From an uncultured Actinomycetes bacterium (lineage in GTDB: Bacteria > Actinomycetota > UBA4738 > HRBIN12): a DNA stretch of 64,000 nucleotides. Position 1 is the first letter of the stretch. Every line of letters starts with the position of its first letter. The notes beneath the pieces were generated by a model. It was not told the DNA's origin. It ran no database searches and was given only the letters and a program-made list of their open reading frames with translations. Below are positions 19,727 to 29,365 of the stretch, piece after piece. The DNA is taken from assembly GCA_963796725.1 (NCBI GenBank), contig CAWCMT010000001.1, positions 756,437 through 820,436 on the forward strand, read 5' to 3'. The translations under genes were made by a program, and so were the position numbers.

Positions 19727-20798
19727 TGGACGAGGCTTCGGCGGCGATCTTCTACGAAGAGCGCCTCGACGATGGATCCATCCGCTTCCACGGTGGACCG
19801 AGCGCCGTCGGCTCCTTGGGCGACGCGTCCGAGGGATGGGGGACATCCTGGGACCGCTGGTTCCTCCGGCTCCACCCCGACGATGCCGAGCGAGTTCGAG
19901 ACGAGCATCGGCAGAGCGCCGGGAGCGGGGCCCCCTTCCGCTCGGAGTACCGGATGCTGACGGAGGATGGACAGGTCGTGTGGGTTCGCGACGAGGCCCT
20001 GCAGGTCCGTGAGGTGGGTGACGACGGGGAGCCCCGTGACGTACGGCGTGGCGTCATCCTGGATATCACGGCCCACCGAGAGGCCGAGGAGCGTCTTCGA
20101 TGGAGCCTGGACGTGCTTCGACGCACGGTCCAGCAACGGCGAGAGCTGGCGCAACGGCTGGAGAGCGCCCGGGAGGAGGAACGGCGCCGCATCGCGGCCG
20201 ACATCCATGACGATCCGATCCAGACGATGAGCGCGGTCGACCTTCGGCTGCAGATGCTCGTGGGGGACCGGAGGCCGCCGCCCGTGGAGGTGCTGGAGGA
20301 GCTGCAGACGACGGTACGCGCCGCCGTGGAACGGCTGCGATCTCTGCTGTTCGAGCTCCGTCCCGCCGTGCTCGATACCGAGGGGCTCGTCCCGGCCCTT
20401 CGGCTCTACCTCGACCACACCGCAACCGAAGCAGGCTGGCGACCGGTGCTGCGCGAGAAGCTGGTGGTGGAGCCGCCTCCGGACGTGCGTGCCCTGATCT
20501 ACCGAACCGTGCAGGAGGCGTTGACAAACGTCCGGAAGCATGCCAACGCGGCCACGTCGAGGTGGACGTGGCGAGCGCTGATGGCGGCGTCTCGGTGCGG
20601 GTCCGTGACGACGGGGACGGGTTCCAGGTGGCGGAGGCCCTCGTGCCCCGCCCGGGCCACCTGGGCATAAGCACGATGGTCGAACGCGCCGAACTCCTCG
20701 GGGGGTGGTGCCGCGTACGGAGCGCGCCCGCGGCGGGCAGCACCATCGAATGCTGGTTCCCCACCGACCCGGGGGAGGACCCGGCGGTCGACCCCTAG
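19726..20798 (+). pseudogene. Cytoplasmic PAS + HisKA_3 + HATPase_c sensor histidine kinase, one frameshift
   Basis: The ATG overlaps the peptidase stop (TGATG). PAS-like segment: WFLRLHPDDAERV...FRSEYRMLTEDGQVVWVRD. H-box: EEERRRIAADIHDDPIQ. N-box: EALTNVRKHANA. The frame then changes at about 20556 (observed acgtcgag, expected acgGtcgag), leading to VDVASADGGVSVRVRDDGDGF...GHLGISTMVERAELLGG in ORF 20562-20798. No response regulator is adjacent. Confidence 0.8.
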
Positions 20799-20820
20799 GT
20801 GGCGCGATCGGCGTCCGCCC

Positions 20821-22034
<1,214 letters not shown>

Positions 22035-22039
22035 GTGCC

Positions 22040-23067
22040 CTACCCCTTCCGTCGAGAGCGAGTCTGCGGTGCGAGGCGTTCGTGGGTCAAGGCGGCCGCG
22101 CCCGTCGCTCCGCCGGCCCGGGGCGCCCCGAGGTCGATCGAGACCGATCAGAGCGGCGCCGATCACCGGGGGGCGGTGAGGCGCCGGGATCCTGACCGCG
22201 GGCGCGACCTCGCGAAGCCCGGCCTCGATCCGTTCGAAGAACGCCGGGTCCTCGGCGCGGAAGATCCCGCCGCCCAGGACGATGTCGACGTCGAGCTTCG
22301 TCATGTGGAGGCGGCGGATGGCGGTGCCCGCCATCGCGACCACCTCGTCGGCCTGTCGGTCGACGATGCCGCGCGCGACCGCGTCGCCGGCCACCGCGTC
22401 GGCGAAGACCACCGGCGGGAGCTCGGGCGATCATCCCCGGGTCGAGCCGGCGGTAGTACAGGCCCTCCAGAACCTGACGCGGCCGCTTCAGGCCGAACGC
22501 GGCCGGTACCGAGCGAGCCAGCGATGTCCGGGCGCCGCGGCCGTCCTCGGCACGGATCGCGTACCACAGGGCCGCCTCGCCGATCTCCGCGCCGCCACCC
22601 CAGTCGCCCGAGACGACGCCCGACGGCGGGGAACCGGGTGACCCGTCCGTCCGGGGCGACGCCGGAGCAGTTGATCCCGTACCCGCACACGACGCCGACG
22701 CCCCACGGTCGGTCGGTACCGGCCCGCAGCACCGCGAAGGTGTCGTTACGAACGATGTCGCGGGCGCTGAGGCCTTCCCGCTTGAGCCAGCGCCCGATCT
22801 TGCGGTCGTCCGCCGGCAGATCCGCGCCGGCGAGGCAGTAGACGCCGAGGTCGGCGACGGGGCGACGCCCGGGTCGATGTCCGCCTCCTCGCACGCCGCC
22901 TCGACCGCGCCCAGCACGAGCGTCATGTGCCGCTCGCCACCGTTCTCGTCGAACCCCTCGGTCGGAGTGCGAGCCGCGCCGAGTACGGTCCCATCCCTGC
23001 GGAGGAGGGCGACATCCATCTTGGAGCCGCCGCCGTCGACCGCGAGCACCGCGGGTCGACGCGTCAC
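22040..23067 (-). pseudogene. BadF/BadG/BcrA/BcrD-type ATPase (N-acetylglucosamine/glucosamine kinase-like), 3 or more frameshifts
   Basis: The GTG start overlaps the deacetylase stop (GTGA). Pieces lie in three frames: VTRRPAVLAVDGGGSKMDVALL..., then VADLGVYCLAGADLPADDRKIGRWL...WGVGVVCGYGINCSGVAPDGRV, then SGDWGGGAEIGEAALWYAIRAEDGRG..., then [28 protein letters not shown]...DIVLGGGIF. Junctions are at about 22870, 22620 and 22430. The 3' end is uncertain; the TAG at 22040 is used if a further shift occurs near 22135. Confidence 0.7.
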
Positions 23068-23678
23068 GGGAGAACCTCGAGCTCGCCGACCGTGACGAAG
23101 GACGCTCCGGCGGCGCGGAGCCCGTCGATCATCGGGCCGATCCCCTCGCCGGTACCCCCTGGCCAGCTGTGCATCAGCACCACGGCGCCATCCCCGTGAT
23201 CGCGCACGCCGGCGATGGCGTCTGCCACCAGGAGCTCGCCCGTGCGCCACGGCTCCCAATCCTCGAGCTCGACGTCCCAGTGCACGTTGCGGTACCCGAG
23301 CTCCTCCAGGGTGCCGAGTACGCGTGGGTCGTCGGCGCCGGCACCGAACGGGCAGCGGAACCATGGACGGGGATCATGGCCGGTGAAGCGCGTGACGGCC
23401 TCCCTTCCGTCGGAGAGGTCGGCGCGGAGCCCCTCGTCCGAGAGCAAGGGCATGCGCGTGTGGTAGTGGGAGTGATGCCCCACCAGGTGGCCTTCGTCGC
23501 CGATCCGGCGGGCCGCGGCTGGCTGGGACTCGGCCCATCGTCCCTGTACGAAGAAGGTGGCGGGGACGCCGCGGTCTGCGAGCGTGTCGAGGATCCGTTC
23601 GGCGTTGCCGGGTGGGCACCACGGGCGATCTGGGTGCTCCGCGTCGAAGGTGAGCGCCACACGCAGGGGACCCTTCAC
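23064..23678 (-). CDS. Polysaccharide/chito-oligosaccharide deacetylase (NodB homology domain, CE4)
   Basis: 204 aa, intact. The GTG start overlaps the SIS gene stop (GTGA). Motifs: ALTFDAEH, ATFFVQG, GHHSHYH, RCPFGAG. Confidence 0.8.
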   Translation of the reverse strand: MKGPLRVALTFDAEHPDRPWCPPGNAERILDTLADRGVPATFFVQGRWAESQPAAARRIGDEGHLVGHHSHYHTRMPLLSDEGLRADLSDGREAVTRFTGHDPRPWFRCPFGAGADDPRVLGTLEELGYRNVHWDVELEDWEPWRTGELLVADAIAGVRDHGDGAVVLMHSWPGGTGEGIGPMIDGLRAAGASFVTVGELEVLP

Positions 23679-24756
23679 TCACGCGTCGTCACCTTCGAGG
23701 CCCGGTAGTAGGCGCCCGGCTTCCGGCCTCGCAGGACCGAGAGCCGCCAGGCCAGCAGCTGTGAGGGCAGGATGGACACCGCCGGCGACAGCGCCCGATC
23801 CATCTCGCCGATCGTCGACCCCCAGCGTGCCCGGGACGGCATCCTCGCCGGGCCGTTGCGTCACGGACAGTACGGCGGCGCCCGTCCCGACGAGCTCCCG
23901 GGCCAGCCCGAGATCCAGGGCCTCGGTCTCGGGCTCGGTGGCGATCAGGATCGCCGCCAGGTCGGGGCCGGCGAGCTCGAGCGGTCCGTGACGGAACTGG
24001 GCCGTCTGCAGGGACTCGACAGGGATGCCGACGGCCTCCTTGATCGTCAGGGCGCCCATCTCCGCGGCTGCACGCGCGGGGCCTCGGCCCAGGATCACGA
24101 GCGTGCGCGCGATCCCCGAGCCAGGACGCGAGCGCGTCGGGGAGCTCTGCGTCGCTCAGCGTTCGCTCGATCGATGCGGCCGCGAGATCGGCGCCGCCGC
24201 GGAGCCCGTCAACCACCGCGACCGGCGGTGTACCCGCGATCACGCGTCCGATCGCCGCCACCGCGACCAACGCCCCCGCGAACGTCATGGTGGAGGGGCC
24301 CGCCTCGGCCCCGACCCGGGTGTCGAGGGCGACGTCGGCCATCCCGCTCAGCGTGTTCACGTGACCGTTCGTGACGGCGACCACGACGGGAGGGGATGCG
24401 GCGTCGCCGTGGATGGCCTCCAGCGCCCGGACCACCTCCGCGCTCTCACCGGATTGGCTCACGGCGACCAGCAGCGTGGACGGCCCGATCATGCCGGTCC
24501 GGAAGTGGAGCAGTTCGGCGGAGTCCAGCATCACGGCGGCGATGCCCGCCCGAGCGAGCTCGGTGACGGCCGGGTAGCAGGCGTCGTAGGAGCTGCCCAT
24601 CCCGGTGAACACCACGGTTCGGTTCGCGGCGAGTGCCGCGATGTCGGTGAGCGCCGCTGGCTGGTCCGCGAGCCCCTCGGCCGCCCGCCGCAACGCATCG
24701 GGCTGCCCCGAGATCTCCGCGATGAATGGGTCAGGAAACTTTCCTAACGATTTCAT
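23675..24756 (-). pseudogene. SIS-domain sugar-phosphate isomerase/deaminase (GlmS C-terminal-like; GlmD/NagB-II/AgaS type), 2 frameshifts
   Basis: MKSLGKFPDPFIAEISGQPDAL...VFTGMGSSYDA...VAVSQSGESAEV in ORF 23689-24756. LVILGRGPARAAAEMGALTIKEAVGIPVESLQTAQFRHGPLEL in ORF 23679-24098. The final segment, GSTIGEMDRALSPAVSILPSQLLAWRLSVLRGRKPGAYYRASKVTTRE*, lies in the third frame (manual translation). Junctions are at about 24100-24108 and 23818-23826. Confidence 0.8.
24733..24745. promoter_or_regulatory. Palindromic operator AGGAAACTTTCCT (site 1) in the SIS / GH4 divergent region
   Basis: Perfect 6-1-6 inverted repeat. With flanks, the reverse complement reads TTAGGAAAGTTTCCT, identical over 15 nt to site 2 at 29339-29353. 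It overlaps codons 4-8 of the SIS gene and lies 59 nt upstream of the GH4 start. Confidence 0.7.
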
Positions 24757-24803
24757 CGACGCGAGTGTACGATGCGGAAGAGTCGGCTGTGAAGGTGGTG
24801 GCG

Positions 24804-26085
24804 ATGGGTGTGAAGGTGGCGGTGGTCGGGGGCGGGAGTACCTACACGCCCGAGCTGGTGGAGGGTTTCGTCACCCGCGGCGATCGGTTGCCCATGGATG
24901 AACTCGTGCTCCTGGACATCGATCCGTGAGCGGCTCGAGGTGGTCGGGGCGCTCGCGGAACGGATGATGCGGAGGGCCGGTTGGCAGGGCAGGCTCCGCC
25001 TCACCGGCGACCGCACCGAAGCCATCGAGGGCGCGGATTTCGTGATCGTGCAGCTGCGGGTCGGCGGCCAGGCCGCACGGTTCAAGGATGAGACGATCCC
25101 GCTGAAGTACGGCTGTATCGGGCAGGAGACCACGGGGCCGGGGGGATTCGCGAAGGCCCTGCGAACGGTGCCGATCGTGCTGGAGCTCGCCGAGCTCACC
25201 GCCGAGCGCGCCGCCGGCGGCGCGTGGTTCGTGGACTTCACGAACCCGACGGGGCTGGTGACCCAGGCGCTGCTCGACCACGGGCATCGGGCGATCGGTC
25301 TGTGCAACGTCGCCATCGGGTTCCAGCGGGAGTTCGCCAAGCACTTCGGCGTGAGCCCCGAGCGGGTGCAACTCGAGCACGTGGGGCTGAACCATCTGAC
25401 GTGGGAACGGAAGGTCTTCGTCGATGGGATCGATCGCCTCCCGGAGATCCTGCACGACGCGATGGACATGGTGGCCGAGGAGACGGACATGCCGGCCGAC
25501 CTGATCCGCGCTCTTGGTGCGATCCCCAGCTACTACCTGCACTACTACTACCTGAACGGCCGGGTGCTCGCCGCCCAACAGGCCGAGGGCGCCGTCACGC
25601 GCGCTGAGGAGGTCATGGAGATCGAGGCAGGGCTCATGGAGCTCTACCGTGACCCTGGGCTCGACACGAAGCCGAAGCTGCTGGAGGAGCGGGGCGGCGC
25701 GTACTACTCGGACGCCGCGGCGGCGCTCGTGGCATCGCTGCATGCCGGGACCGAGGACGTCCAGGTGGTCAACGTTCGGAACGGGGGTGCGATCCCCAAC
25801 CTGCCCGACGACGCCGTCGTGGAGGTCGCGGCCACCGTGGATCGCGACGGGGCGCACCCTCTGCCCGTAGGCCCGCTGGCGCCCGACATGCTGGGGCTCG
25901 TCGAGCACGCGAAGGCATACGAGCTCCTCGCCGCGGAGGCCGCCGTGACGGGAGACCGGGACATCGCGCTCAAGGCCCTCATGACCAACCCCCTGGTCGG
26001 CGACTACGAGCGAGCCGGACCGATGCTCGTCGACCTGCTGGAACGGAACCGCGAGCTCCTTCCTCGCTTCTTCCCTGCGGGCTGA
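24804..26085 (+). pseudogene. GH4 NAD/Mn-dependent glycosidase (6-phospho-beta-glucosidase / ChbF-CelF-like), one frameshift
   Basis: MGVKVAVVGGGSTYTPELVEGF...LLDIDP, then TGA at 24927-24929. The protein continues as ERLEVVGALAERM...QLRVGG...KYGCIGQETTGPGGF...NFTNPTG...GLCNV... in ORF 24898-26085, which is a different frame. An extra T at 24927 explains the disruption (gatccgTgagcgg). Confidence 0.85.
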
Positions 26086-26178
26086 GGGTGTTGCCCGCCC
26101 TCCCGGGGCCGTTTGACCCCTCGGGACACTTCTCGCGAGTCCCACCATGGAGGTGATGAGCGAGGGGGCGAGGTGAAC

Positions 26179-26645
26179 ATGCCGTACGACGTGAAGGTCA
26201 AGGAGGTCCCGCCGCAGCACGTGGCCGAGGTGCGGCGCCACACCAGCGTCGATCTGCTGGGGCCGACGATCGACGAGGCGTTCCGCACGCTCATGGCCTC
26301 GCTGGGGCGTGCCCATGACCATCCGACCGGTGCGCCTCTGATCGTCTACGACCGGATGGATCTTCCGGGGCGGCGCCCGAGATCGAGGTCTGCGTCCCGG
26401 TGGGCTATCGGTACATGGGTGACGACGACGTTGGGATCGAGGAGCTCAGGGGCTGCGCGATGGCCTCTACGATGCACCGTGGTCCCTACGATGCCGTCGG
26501 GGCTGCGTACGAGGCCCTGAGGGAGTGGATCCGCGACAACGCGATGGTCGTTGACGGACCGCCGCGCGAGATCTACCTCACGGACCCAGGCGAGACCCCC
26601 GACCCGGCAGACCTCGTGACCGAGATCGAGTTCCCGATCAGGTGA
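26179..26645 (+). pseudogene. GyrI-like small-molecule-binding domain protein, one frameshift
   Basis: MPYDVKVKEVPPQHVAEVRRH...APLIVYDRMD in the frame of ORF 26113. SGAAPEIEVCVPVGYRYMGDD...MHRGPYDAVGAAYEALREWI...REIYLTDPGE in the frame of ORF 26400. The junction is at about 26358-26366. Confidence 0.7.
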
Positions 26646-26704
26646 CCGTCACGGTTGGCCGGAACGCGGGGCCGGCTGGTCGCACGGCCCCGCGCACCGA
26701 CATC

Positions 26705-27943
26705 TCATCCGCCGCTCGGGAGCTCCGCGGCGTTGCGCTGGATCTTCGCGAGCGCCTCGGCGGCGTCGGCGATGCCGCGTTCGCCGTCGCGGAACACGGT
26801 CTCCATGAAGTAGACGGACTCGCGTTGACCCGCCGCCTCGGCGACCGGGAACGACATCTTCGCGGGATCGAGGCGGTCGGCGTATTCCACCGCCACCGGG
26901 AGCCGTGACAGCGACGGCTGGAAGAGCTCGTATCTGTTCATCGATGGGTACTGCACTTCGGCCGGGATACCCTCGGCCTCCATAGCGGCGCAGACGATCT
27001 CGTTCGTGGCGCCACCGAAGGCTTCCGGATCGATGGCGAGGATGTAGTTGTAGAAGCTCCACCGCGTGATCCGCTCGTCGTGTGGCATCACGCGCACCCC
27101 CGGGATCTGGGCTGCCATGGCTTCGAAGGCCTTGCCCGCATTCTCGCGGGCTGCCTGCTGGTCCGGGAACCGCGCCATGGCCACGACCAGGAGCGCCGCG
27201 TTCAACTCGCTGAGACGGTAGTTGGCGCCGAACGTGAAGTCTTTCTCGTCGGGATCCTTCGCACGACCGCAGTCGATGATCGAATGTGCGCGGCGTGCCA
27301 GGGTCTCGTCGCCGGTGAGCAGGGTGCCGCCCTCGCCTGAGGTGAGGATCTTCGAGGACTGGTGGCTGAACGACCCGAAGTCGCCGATGCAGCCAGCGCC
27401 CTGCCCCCGCCACTGCTGGCCGTGCGCATGCGCGCAGTCCTCGATGACCGCGAGGCCGTGGCGCCGCGCGATCTCCATGATCCGGTCCATATCGGCCATC
27501 TGGTGACCGAGATGCACCGGCAGGATGGCCTTGGTGCGATCCGTGATCGCGGCCTCGACCTGATCGGGATCGACGCACCACGTCTCGGGGAGCACATCCA
27601 CGAAGACCGGGAGCGCACCTGCCGCCATGGGTGCGTAGGCCGTCGCCGCGAACGTCAGGGCGGGCACGATGACCTCGTCACCCCAGCCGATGTCCAGGGC
27701 CTTGCAGGCAACCTCCATGGTCACGGTGCCGTTCATCATCAAGATCCCGTGTGCGGCGCCCTGATAGGCCGCGAAGGCTTCCTCGAACTTCGCCCCGTTG
27801 CGACCTGGCTCGGGGAATCCACCCCAATCACCGCTGCGTACGACCTCGGCCACCGCGGCGACGTACTCGTCGTCGGGTGCCGGCCAGGCGGGGTATGCGG
27901 TCGGGCGGACCGGCGCCCCGCCGTTGATCGCGAGCTCAGGCAT
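26705..27943 (-). CDS. DegT/DnrJ/EryC1/StrS-family PLP sugar aminotransferase
   Basis: 412 aa, intact. GGAAGGAG lies 7 nt before the ATG. Motifs: EVIVPALTFAATA, AILPVHLGHQMADMD, VIEDCAHAHG, FSFSHQSSKILTSGEGG (PLP lysine). Confidence 0.85.
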   Translation of the reverse strand: MPELAINGGAPVRPTAYPAWPAPDDEYVAAVAEVVRSGDWGGFPEPGRNGAKFEEAFAAYQGAAHGILMMNGTVTMEVACKALDIGWGDEVIVPALTFAATAYAPMAAGALPVFVDVLPETWCVDPDQVEAAITDRTKAILPVHLGHQMADMDRIMEIARRHGLAVIEDCAHAHGQQWRGQGAGCIGDFGSFSHQSSKILTSGEGGTLLTGDETLARRAHSIIDCGRAKDPDEKDFTFGANYRLSELNAALLVVAMARFPDQQAARENAGKAFEAMAAQIPGVRVMPHDERITRWSFYNYILAIDPEAFGGATNEIVCAAMEAEGIPAEVQYPSMNRYELFQPSLSRLPVAVEYADRLDPAKMSFPVAEAAGQRESVYFMETVFRDGERGIADAAEALAKIQRNAAELPSGG

Positions 27944-27979
27944 CGTCGTTCACTCCTTCCAGGCGATAGCGTGCTCTCC

Positions 27980-29278
27980 ATGGGAGCGCGCGTGGTCGTG
28001 ATCGGCGGAGGGTCCGCCTACATGCCGGGGATCGCGTTCGCGTTCGCTCATGCGCGCGAGGCTTTCGCCGACGCGACCCTGGTGCTGCAGGACATCGATC
28101 GCGATGCCATGGATCTGCAGCGGCGCCTGAGTGAGGGGATCCTCCGCTCGCGGGGCGCCGGGGACGTCCGCGTGGAGGCGCAGGAGCTCCGCCTGCGAGC
28201 GATGGAGGGGGCCGACGTGGTGCTCGCCGCGTTCCGTCCGGGCGGGCTCGAAGCCCGTCACCTCGACGAGAAGATCGCGATCGATCACGGGATCATCGGC
28301 CAGGAGACCGCGGGTCCGGGAGGGTTCGCGATGGCGCTGCGGTCGGTGCCTGTGGTGCTGGAGATCGCCGAGGAACTCGCACGCGTGGGCGCCGCCGGCG
28401 CGGTGTTGCTCAATTACACGAACCCCGTGCAGATAGTGAGCGAGGCCATGCATCGCTTCGGTCCGGACGTGCCGTACCTGGGGTTGTGCGATCAGACCGC
28501 GGGTGAGGAGGCGTTCATCGCACGGTTGCTGGACGTGCCCGCGGAGGCCGTCGAGCTCGACACACGCGGAACGAACCACATGACGTTCACGCAGCGGGTC
28601 CGCGTCGACGGGACGGAGGTCACCGGGCGGCTGTGGGAGCTGTTGACCACCCTCGAGCTCGCCGACCTGGAGTCGGACGAGGAGCGCCGGATCGTGCGGC
28701 TCTTCCGGCTGCTCGGGTGCCTGCCCAGCGAGTACCTGCAGTACTTCCTCTGCCACGACGAGGTGCTTGCCGAGCAGCGCGCGAAGGGGCGCACGCGAGC
28801 CGAGGAGGTCATGGCCGTCCTCCCCGACGTCCTCGAGAGCTACCGGCGGGAGGCCGCCGCTGCGACGCCGCACCCCTCGATGGCGCGCGCCAGCGAGGAC
28901 CACGGGGATTTCGCGATCGAGATCGCCGCCACGATCTGGACCGGCGACGAACGCAGGTTCATCCTCAACCTGCCGAACGACGGGCAGGTGGAGGATCTGC
29001 CCTCGGGCGCGATCGTCGAGACGCCGGCGCTGCTGCGTGGGCGTGTGACCGAGCCGGTGCCGCAGGGCCCACTTCCCTTCGAGGTGAGCGGGCTGGTACG
29101 CCAGGTGGCGGCCCACGCGGCGCTCGCCGCCGAGGCCGCTCTGGCGGGCGATCGCGAGCTCGCGGTACGGGCTATGGCCCTGCATCCGCTGGTTCGCGGC
29201 CTCGAGCAGGCGGCGTCGCTGGTCGAGGCCTACCTCACGGCACACGCGGCGTTCCTCCCTCGATTCGCCGGGTCCTAG
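27980..29278 (+). CDS. GH4 NAD-dependent glycosidase, second copy, intact
   Basis: Internal ATG of ORF 27362-29278. MGARVVVIGGGSAYMPG...AFRPGG...DHGIIGQETAGPGGF...NYTNPVQ...GLCDQ. Only 36 nt separate it from the divergent DegT start. Confidence 0.85.
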   Translation: MGARVVVIGGGSAYMPGIAFAFAHAREAFADATLVLQDIDRDAMDLQRRLSEGILRSRGAGDVRVEAQELRLRAMEGADVVLAAFRPGGLEARHLDEKIAIDHGIIGQETAGPGGFAMALRSVPVVLEIAEELARVGAAGAVLLNYTNPVQIVSEAMHRFGPDVPYLGLCDQTAGEEAFIARLLDVPAEAVELDTRGTNHMTFTQRVRVDGTEVTGRLWELLTTLELADLESDEERRIVRLFRLLGCLPSEYLQYFLCHDEVLAEQRAKGRTRAEEVMAVLPDVLESYRREAAAATPHPSMARASEDHGDFAIEIAATIWTGDERRFILNLPNDGQVEDLPSGAIVETPALLRGRVTEPVPQGPLPFEVSGLVRQVAAHAALAAEAALAGDRELAVRAMALHPLVRGLEQAASLVEAYLTAHAAFLPRFAGS

Positions 29279-29340
29279 GACGCAGAGGACGTCGCCTTGA
29301 CCCGCTCCCGATCGGGAGCGTAGCATCCGTCAGAATAGTT

Positions 29341-29353
29341 AGGAAAGTTTCCT
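29341..29353. promoter_or_regulatory. Palindromic operator AGGAAAGTTTCCT (site 2) immediately upstream of the ROK regulator gene
   Basis: Perfect 6-1-6 inverted repeat ending about 12 nt before the ATG at 29366. The 15-nt TTAGGAAAGTTTCCT is identical to the reverse complement of site 1. Confidence 0.7.
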
Positions 29354-29365
29354 TCACAGCCGTTG

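Noticed and set aside
17825-19846. 673-aa minus-strand ORF
   Set aside because: Only the 3' ~660 nt (PlsC) is protein-like. Everything upstream is antisense to the M20 peptidase and kinase genes.
24927-24929. The in-frame TGA in GH4 copy 1 as a possible selenocysteine codon, given the tRNA-Sec in the window
   Set aside because: The conserved GH4 sequence continues in a different reading frame after the TGA (ERLEVVG... in frame +1). This is a 1-nt insertion, not a recoded UGA. GH4 enzymes have no conserved Cys/Sec at this position.
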